DNA from: an uncultured Candidatus Saccharibacteria bacterium
GTDB lineage: Bacteria > Patescibacteriota > Minisyncoccia > Phycocordibacterales > PALSA-1337
Length of the DNA stretch: 64,000 nt
Direction: 5' to 3'
Assembly: GCA_964459225.1 (NCBI GenBank)
Contig: CAYWKB010000001.1
Span: forward strand, 180,140 to 244,139
Shown piece after piece: positions 57,627-64,000 of this stretch. The notes beneath the pieces are model-generated. The model had not been told where the DNA came from. It searched no databases and saw only the letters and a list, made by a program, of their open reading frames with translations. A program made the position numbers and the translations under genes. The first letter of the stretch is position 1, and each line of letters begins with the position of its first letter.

Positions 57627-60600
57627 ATGAAAAAATTTATTACCATTTGTTTCTCTTTAACTCTAGTACTAATTACTATATTCGGTTTAAATGGAAGGGA
57701 TGTAAATGCGCAGAATAATTCAAAAAACTCAATTAGTGATGTAAAAGTGTCTCTTACTGAGAATGGCTATAAAAGAACTCTGAACTACTTAGGTAGTGAT
57801 GAGTACGATAGGGATGAAATAAATATAGAAAAAGAGATTTTTGTAAACGCAAAATCAAAAACAAAATTCTCGCTTGCAGTGAATAAATCAAAGGGTTTTA
57901 GAGATACTTATGGTAAGGACAGACTATATTCAGAATGCGTTAGAGATTCTTCTCTAAGTTATGTATTTTTGTATAATGAGTCTGGTTTGAAAGCGTCAGC
58001 TCCAAGAGAGGTATCATATGCTCCAGATGAATGCTCACAACTAGATTCGACTATCTCTAATAAGCTTCTTTTTTCTCCTCGTATTGTACCTACTGCCGTT
58101 AAGGGAATTTTTAAAGCTCCTGATAATAATTCATCTCTACAGATAGAAACATCTACTGATTATGAATTAAGTATTGATGACCCAGAACTACTTGATAATA
58201 ATAAAAAATATAGGACAGAAATTGAAAAAAACTTGTATGTGCAGAGATATAATATTGAGATAGTTTTGCACCCAACATATTTAGTGCAAGACGAAGAAAG
58301 TGCTGACCATGTTAATTTAAAGAGAAGCGATAAAGTATTTGATCAATGTTCTAAACTATCAATTAACGGTCAAAGTATGGGACCAAAAGAAGGTGTAAAA
58401 GGTGCTTGTTCCTTAATTATTAAATCTTACAGACAGTCACCATTATTAGACGGGGCTATATTAGTCGGGGTTGATATTTTAAGATTAATTAGTCAAGACA
58501 TACCTGTAGAAATAAATGATGTATCTGCTAATTTAGTTAGTAAGTTAGACCTACCAATAATTACAAACACTAATGAAACAATTAATGACTATAGAGATTT
58601 AAGTGATTTATTGCAGAGTGGTAAATATGATCAAAAAGAAAAAACAAGGTTAGTTAATAAAATTATTGACAACTCTCAAGTTGCAGATATGAAGAATAAT
58701 GTTCCTTCGTCTACTCCTTCGCCAGAATATAAAGGATTTTCTTTAGATGATATTAAGTTTGATAATACCAAAAAGCCTATAACTAAGATTCCAAAAGATA
58801 AGAATAAAGATGTTCCGAGGTCTCCTAAGTTACCGGTATTTCATTCAGAGGATGGTAATGATGTAAATAAAGGTATTATAGGTATTATTAAAGATAAGAT
58901 TTTCAGTACAACACCTAATGAAAGTGCAAATGTTAGTACGGATAGTAGCTCAGGCTCATCAGGTTCAAATAGGGGATTCAAAAGATCTAGTGAAAATTCA
59001 TCAACGAATGCGAATGGGCAGGTTACAGTAACAAACGCAGATTCAACCATAAGAATATCAAATGACGATACTACATCAGTAGGTGTTATATTTAAGTTTG
59101 TAATTCAGAACAATGATAATGTAAATTATTATATACCAATAGATCCTAATAATGGTATTGCGTACAGAACTAATCTAAATGCTTCTGTATTAAATTTAGA
59201 TATGGTTTTATCAAATCCAACTAAAGTTGAAGGTGATACTGAAAAATATTTAATATTAAAACCAAATTCAACTAGAGGATTGTCATACTCAGGAAGATTA
59301 AAAGCTTTGTCAGATAATAAGCATTCAGCAACAATATTGGCTCAAAATATATATTCTGACCAAAATGGTGGTGGTAGAATACAAGTACCAATAAATAATT
59401 TAGTAACTAAAGAAGTAAATCTGACAAAAGAGCAGTTCGTGGAAACAGTTGCACAGGATAATACAAATTCATCTATAGGTAATAAGTTTCTAGAGGCGGC
59501 TAATAACTTTTTCGGTGCAAATAATGCTCCAAAGATAAAGACCATCACTCCATCAACGGTAGTTTCTGGTGATACAGTAACTATCTCAGGTACAAACTTT
59601 TCAAGTACAGATAATGATATTCAAATATCAACAAATACAGGAACAATATCAATAAACAAAGTGCCATCAACTGATGGAAAGACATTGGTATTTACAGCAC
59701 CAAACTATAAGGGAGATTTCAAGGTGCATGTAATTAACTGGACAACAGGCAAATCAACAAAGGATTCAGAAAATCTAAGTATATTATCAAATGGTCGCGT
59801 GTCTACTCTTGAAAGTAATGTTGCGGTAAATAATTCAAGATCTAATTTTGCTAAGTCTGAATCAGTGAATACAACAGGCGCAAATTCTTCAAGTAATATT
59901 CCAACAATTACAAATATAAATCCTGCTAAAGTTTCAACTGGAGATTTGGTAACCATTTCAGGTACAAACTTCTCAAGTACAGATAATGATATTCAAATAT
60001 CAACAAATACAGGAACAGTATCAATAAACAAAGTACCATCAACTGATGGAAAGACATTGATGTTTACAGCACCAAATTATCAAGGTGATTTTAAGGTTAG
60101 TGTTATTAATTGGTCAAATGGAAAGTCAACACAAATACCTGCTAATTTAAACATATCATTAAGTAGAAGTCAGAGATCAAAATTAGAGGGGAATTCAGCA
60201 GCTGATGATCAAGTTTCAAGATCAGCATTCTCAAGATCTGGTTTAACTTCAGGATTAAGTATTGTAAAGTCACCAAATCTTATAATCTCAAATGTAAGTA
60301 CAGATATAGTACAAAATAATGAAATAGCAAATCAAAAAACAGCTAATTTTAGATATAACTTAACTCTTACAAATAACAATAATTCAGATCTATACCTATC
60401 TAAAAACACTAGTGCCGCAATACAATTAAATCTAGATGGAAGCCAAGGATTTACACCATTAAGTCTTAATGCATCATCACCATCTGTTTTAGGTGGAGAT
60501 ACTACACAGGACTTTGTTATCCCTACAGGTTCATCAAGATCATTTAGTTATAATGGAATACTATATTACACAGGCAATCTAAATGCAGATAATGTTACAA

Positions 60601-62036
60601 AATATGTATCAATTCAAAATATCTTTATAAGTACAAGCTCACCTTCAAGACTAATAAACGGAATAGCAAAAGATAATACATTAAGTTTGGGCAGAATATC
60701 AGTATCAGGACAAAATGGAACAACGACAAGTGCAATTACGGTGTCAACAACAATTCCACTTAACACACCATCTCTCTCAACATCAAAGACATTATATGAA
60801 TCAGGTGAAAGGGTAGATATTAGAGCAACTTTACCTGAAAATACTGCAAAGGTTTATGTAAAGATAAATTGTCCTACAGGTATATCATTCACACTTCCTG
60901 GATTTGAGTGTAATAAGCTCGTTACACTACCAAATACATTTGTAGGAATAAAGCCATTCTTCATTAATAGATCAGCAAATGAACAAAAGGTTGTAATAAA
61001 TATATTTGCAAATATAGCTGGTAGAGAGGGAACTATAGAAGGATTCCCATTGACTTTGGTAATAAATTCACAAAATTCAAAAGACGCTATTAAAAATCCA
61101 GCTGAAATACAAACTCCAGGTGAACCAGTTAAAAAGCCATCACTACTTGATATAATATTCGGTAAAAAGGATGAAGCTACACCAACAGTGTCACCTTATC
61201 CAACAGTATCACCTACACCTACAGTCTCAAATCCTTCATTAATTAAAAATTACATAACCATAACAAGTCCAAATGGTGGTGAAAAGATATATGTAGGGTC
61301 AACATACAATATCTCTTGGACTGGAAATATTACAAATAAAACAAGTGCTTTATTGGTAGCCGAAAATGGTACGAGATATGCGATATTTGTAGGTATGGAT
61401 AGTAGAACAAGAAATGGCACATTCTACATGCCAGTTTCTATCCCTCTAGGTAGATATAGAGTTGCTATGCAAGAAGAAATTACAAATGCATCAGATTTTA
61501 GTGATGGATATTTTGAAATAGTAGAACGACCATCATATCCAGGTACTCCAACACCAAGTTCATCATACTCACCAAGCTATTCAAATTCAGCTACATATTC
61601 ATCAAGTCCAAGCTATACTTCAACAGCAACATATAGCTCATCACCAAGTTATACAAGTACAGCTACATACTCTTCATCTCCATCATATACATCAAGTGCT
61701 ACGTACTCATCAAGTCCAAGCTATACTTCAACAGCTACATACACATCATCTCCATCAAATACATCAACAAGTGTAAGTTCACCAAGTTCAGTATATACAT
61801 CAACCGCCACATACACAGCTTCACCAAGCAGTAGTAATACTGTTTCAGCAACAGCTACATATACTTCAACACCTTCATCAACATACACTTCATCACCAAG
61901 TAGCACATCAAGTTCAAATACATCAGGTACATATAATGCAACTCCATCATCTTCATCAAAAGCAGAGAGAAATGGGGGAGCTAGTTATACAGCCTCAATA
62001 CTCGAAGCTATAGCAGGATGGCTTAGAACAATATAA
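57627..62036 (+). CDS. Large surface protein with two IPT/TIG domains and Ser/Thr-rich repeat stalk
   Basis: Signal peptide; duplicated VTISGTNFSSTDNDIQ; ITITSPNGGE Ig-like domain; (SATYSSSPSYT)n; C-terminal ASILEAI. Confidence 0.88.
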   Translation: MKKFITICFSLTLVLITIFGLNGRDVNAQNNSKNSISDVKVSLTENGYKRTLNYLGSDEYDRDEINIEKEIFVNAKSKTKFSLAVNKSKGFRDTYGKDRLYSECVRDSSLSYVFLYNESGLKASAPREVSYAPDECSQLDSTISNKLLFSPRIVPTAVKGIFKAPDNNSSLQIETSTDYELSIDDPELLDNNKKYRTEIEKNLYVQRYNIEIVLHPTYLVQDEESADHVNLKRSDKVFDQCSKLSINGQSMGPKEGVKGACSLIIKSYRQSPLLDGAILVGVDILRLISQDIPVEINDVSANLVSKLDLPIITNTNETINDYRDLSDLLQSGKYDQKEKTRLVNKIIDNSQVADMKNNVPSSTPSPEYKGFSLDDIKFDNTKKPITKIPKDKNKDVPRSPKLPVFHSEDGNDVNKGIIGIIKDKIFSTTPNESANVSTDSSSGSSGSNRGFKRSSENSSTNANGQVTVTNADSTIRISNDDTTSVGVIFKFVIQNNDNVNYYIPIDPNNGIAYRTNLNASVLNLDMVLSNPTKVEGDTEKYLILKPNSTRGLSYSGRLKALSDNKHSATILAQNIYSDQNGGGRIQVPINNLVTKEVNLTKEQFVETVAQDNTNSSIGNKFLEAANNFFGANNAPKIKTITPSTVVSGDTVTISGTNFSSTDNDIQISTNTGTISINKVPSTDGKTLVFTAPNYKGDFKVHVINWTTGKSTKDSENLSILSNGRVSTLESNVAVNNSRSNFAKSESVNTTGANSSSNIPTITNINPAKVSTGDLVTISGTNFSSTDNDIQISTNTGTVSINKVPSTDGKTLMFTAPNYQGDFKVSVINWSNGKSTQIPANLNISLSRSQRSKLEGNSAADDQVSRSAFSRSGLTSGLSIVKSPNLIISNVSTDIVQNNEIANQKTANFRYNLTLTNNNNSDLYLSKNTSAAIQLNLDGSQGFTPLSLNASSPSVLGGDTTQDFVIPTGSSRSFSYNGILYYTGNLNADNVTKYVSIQNIFISTSSPSRLINGIAKDNTLSLGRISVSGQNGTTTSAITVSTTIPLNTPSLSTSKTLYESGERVDIRATLPENTAKVYVKINCPTGISFTLPGFECNKLVTLPNTFVGIKPFFINRSANEQKVVINIFANIAGREGTIEGFPLTLVINSQNSKDAIKNPAEIQTPGEPVKKPSLLDIIFGKKDEATPTVSPYPTVSPTPTVSNPSLIKNYITITSPNGGEKIYVGSTYNISWTGNITNKTSALLVAENGTRYAIFVGMDSRTRNGTFYMPVSIPLGRYRVAMQEEITNASDFSDGYFEIVERPSYPGTPTPSSSYSPSYSNSATYSSSPSYTSTATYSSSPSYTSTATYSSSPSYTSSATYSSSPSYTSTATYTSSPSNTSTSVSSPSSVYTSTATYTASPSSSNTVSATATYTSTPSSTYTSSPSSTSSSNTSGTYNATPSSSSKAERNGGASYTASILEAIAGWLRTI
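59525..60155 (+). repeat. Recent intragenic IPT-domain duplication (~59525-59782 and ~59898-60155)
   Basis: Near-identical DNA including TCAAGTACAGATAATGATATTCAAATATCAACAAATACAGGAACA. Confidence 0.9.
61586..61900 (+). repeat. 33-nt (11-aa) coding tandem repeat, (S/T)ATYSSSPSYT
   Basis: About five near-perfect peptide units followed by degenerate units. Confidence 0.85.
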
Positions 62037-62039
62037 TAT

Positions 62040-62158
62040 TTGACTTATAAACATGCTTTTGATAGTATGTCTGTAAGTTCGAAAAAATAAATACAAAATA
62101 GCGATTGGAAGCAAATAATGTTCAAATGAACATTAAAGCTAACCAATCCCTATTTTGT
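62040..62158 (+). promoter_or_regulatory. Promoter plus long leader hairpin upstream of rpsZ
   Basis: TTGACT-17-TAGTAT; stem ACAAAATAG-GATTGG...TAATGTTCA-AA-TGAACATTA...CCAATC-CTATTTTGT. Confidence 0.6.
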
Positions 62159-62185
62159 TAAAAAAATCATTAGAACTGAGCAAAA

Positions 62186-62371
62186 ATGGCAAAGAAATCA
62201 ACAATAGCAAGATCAAGCAAGGCACCAAAGTTTAAGTCGAGAGTTGTTCGACGCTGTTTCCGTTGCGGAAGGAAAAATGGATATATGAGAGACTTTGACC
62301 TTTGCCGTATTTGTTTCAGAGAGTTCGCTAATGAAGGAGTAATCCCAGGAATTAAAAAATCATCATGGTAA
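62186..62371 (+). CDS. rpsZ: 30S ribosomal protein S14, Zn-binding type Z
   Basis: RCFRCGR...LCRICFRE..IPGIKKSSW. Confidence 0.97.
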   Translation: MAKKSTIARSSKAPKFKSRVVRRCFRCGRKNGYMRDFDLCRICFREFANEGVIPGIKKSSW

Positions 62372-62757
62372 CAGACCCTATAGCAGATTTCATAACAAGA
62401 ATTAAGAATGCAAGTGATGCTCGCAAGGATATTGTTTCTATTCCTTATTCATCACTAAAGGAAAATATAGCCCACGCTCTTATAAAGGGTGGATATGTAA
62501 ATTCAGTAGTTGTAAATGGCAAGCAGATTTCAAAGACATTGGAGATTTCTATTAATTATATAAACAAAGCTCCAAGAATAAACGGTGTACAAAGAATATC
62601 AAAGCCTTCAAGAAGAATATATCAAGGATCAAAGGATATAAGAATGTTTAAGAGTGGATTCGGTAATACAGTATTATCTACCCCAGCAGGAATACTTCTT
62701 GATGTTGATGCAAAAAAAGCAAAGGTCGGAGGAGAGGTATTATTTAAAATCTGGTAA
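62365..62757 (+). CDS. rpsH: 30S ribosomal protein S8
   Basis: TDPIADFITRIKNA, RISKPSRRIY, VGGEVL. Confidence 0.97.
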   Translation: MVTDPIADFITRIKNASDARKDIVSIPYSSLKENIAHALIKGGYVNSVVVNGKQISKTLEISINYINKAPRINGVQRISKPSRRIYQGSKDIRMFKSGFGNTVLSTPAGILLDVDAKKAKVGGEVLFKIW

Positions 62758-62762
62758 AACAT

Positions 62763-63296
62763 ATGTCAAGAATAGCAAAAAAACCAATCGCAATTCCCGA
62801 AAAGACAGAGGCTACATATGCTTCAGGAGTGCTTACTATTAAAGGACCATTGGGTGAATTAAAAAAGTCTTTGAGACCAGAAGTTAATATAAAGATTGAA
62901 AATAACGAGATAACTCTTACTCCAACAAGAAATTCCCTAGACATCTTAGCTCTTTGGGGTACATATGCATCTCATATAAGAAATATGTTAGAGGGAGTTA
63001 ATAAACTATACGAAAAAAAGCTAATAGTTGAAGGTATTGGATTTAAGGCTGATGTAAAAGGAAAGGAAATACATATGGCACTTGGATTTTCACATCCTGT
63101 TGTAAGGGAAATACCTGAGGGGCTAAAGGTTGTCTCAGAAAAAAACATCATAACTGTTACAGGTATGGATATCGAAAAGGTAGGACAATTTGTATCACAG
63201 ATAAGATCACTCAAAAAGCCAGAACCATACAAGGGTAAGGGTATAAGATATAGTGATGAAGTAATAAGAAGAAAGCAAGGTAAGAAATCAGTATAG
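62763..63296 (+). CDS. rplF: 50S ribosomal protein L6
   Basis: MSRIAKKPI, LGFSHPV, PEPYKGKGIRY. Confidence 0.98.
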   Translation: MSRIAKKPIAIPEKTEATYASGVLTIKGPLGELKKSLRPEVNIKIENNEITLTPTRNSLDILALWGTYASHIRNMLEGVNKLYEKKLIVEGIGFKADVKGKEIHMALGFSHPVVREIPEGLKVVSEKNIITVTGMDIEKVGQFVSQIRSLKKPEPYKGKGIRYSDEVIRRKQGKKSV

Positions 63297-63310
63297 TCTT
63301 AAATAAATAT

Positions 63311-63661
63311 ATGAATACAAGTAAACAAAAACAATTAAAAATAGCTAGAAGACATAATAGAATACGCTCAACACTAAGCGGTACTAGTGAGCGTCCTCGT
63401 CTTTCTGTATTTAAATCTCATAAATACATTTCAGCTCAAATAATTGATGATACAAAGGGTCATACTTTGGCAATGTTCTCATCTCAAAATGCAAAGTCAA
63501 AGTCACCAGCCGAAAAGGCAAAGGAAGTTGGTATAGAGATTGCTAAGTTGGCAAAATCACTTAAGATTGATAAGGTAGTATTTGATCGTGGTGGTTACCT
63601 ATATACAGGAAAGATTCAGGCTGTGGCTGATGGGGCACGCGAAGGAGGACTAAATTTTTAA
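63311..63661 (+). CDS. rplR: 50S ribosomal protein L18
   Basis: RPRLSVFKS, VVFDRGGY, AREGGL. Confidence 0.97.
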   Translation: MNTSKQKQLKIARRHNRIRSTLSGTSERPRLSVFKSHKYISAQIIDDTKGHTLAMFSSQNAKSKSPAEKAKEVGIEIAKLAKSLKIDKVVFDRGGYLYTGKIQAVADGAREGGLNF

Positions 63662-63670
63662 TATAAAATC

Positions 63671-64000
63671 ATGGAAACAGAAACAAAAATACAAGATAAT
63701 ACAGGAATAACAGTTGAGGCAGTAGCCCCAGTTGTGTCTGCTACACCTGATACTCAAAAATCTTTTTCAAGAGATTCAAGACCACCTCGTGGAGGATCAA
63801 GAAGACCACAAAGACCAGGTCAAGAAAGAGTAAAGCCTGAATTCGATACAAAGATAATTGCTATTCGTCGTGTTACTCGTGTTGCTTCTGGAGGAAGAAG
63901 ATTTACATTTTCAGTTGCAGTTGTTTCAGGAGATAAAAAAGGTAAGGTAGGTGTAGGTCTTGGAAAGGCAGGAGATACATCACTTGCTATAGATAAAGCA
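63671..64000 (+). CDS. rpsE: 30S ribosomal protein S5 (partial)
   Basis: METETK...[36 protein letters not shown]; truncated by the window edge. Confidence 0.96.
   Translation, partial: METETKIQDNTGITVEAVAPVVSATPDTQKSFSRDSRPPRGGSRRPQRPGQERVKPEFDTKIIAIRRVTRVASGGRRFTFSVAVVSGDKKGKVGVGLGKAGDTSLAIDKA

Noticed and set aside
61586-61900. CRISPR-like periodicity
   Set aside because: In-frame coding repeats without unique spacers; no cas genes in the window
1794-63232. Numerous 60-220 aa ORFs antisense to or nested in identified genes
   Set aside because: Shadow ORFs of strongly supported CDSs
1-64000. Alternative genetic code (TGA=Gly, as in Gracilibacteria)
   Set aside because: Conserved genes are full-length under code 11, and TGA serves as stop (for example rsmA, cca, recJ)

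Overview
AT-rich chromosomal segment of a reduced-genome bacterium, almost certainly Patescibacteria/CPR (Parcubacteria-like). The assignment is inferred from the FKBP-less trigger factor, GWAWSSNIGW-repeat surface protein, TrmB, pilin cluster, core genes without Shine-Dalgarno (SD) sites and lineage-typical hypotheticals. Core content: rsmA, pcrA/uvrD, LysM-M23, comM, dksA-like, NYN, rpsO, a Xer recombinase, xth, cca, four tRNAs, yraN, hup, rny, clpP, rsmE, tig, nusA, a type IV pilus/competence block, tpiA, pgk, recJ, rnhA, a split comEC, sod, rpmB, rpsL-rpsG-fusA and rpsZ-rpsH-rplF-rplR-rpsE(partial). Accessory content: two large surface proteins and a low-GC island with plsC, an acyl-ACP-reductase-like gene and a type II R-M system with a C protein. 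The most notable unannotated signals are: (1) a promoter-to-terminator cassette (10991-11425) with SD-led minigenes MKPFL* and MKPFT*, one of about seven GC-richer self-contained cassettes, several apparently non-coding; (2) an identical 11-bp-period repeat promoter architecture ahead of comM and comEC, partly also ahead of an ORF6N gene and recJ, suggesting a competence regulon; (3) an ORF6N gene whose signature motif is encoded by a palindrome that recurs upstream of the gene; (4) five parS-like sites, three inside the cca coding sequence. All product calls rest on motif recognition, without database searches.
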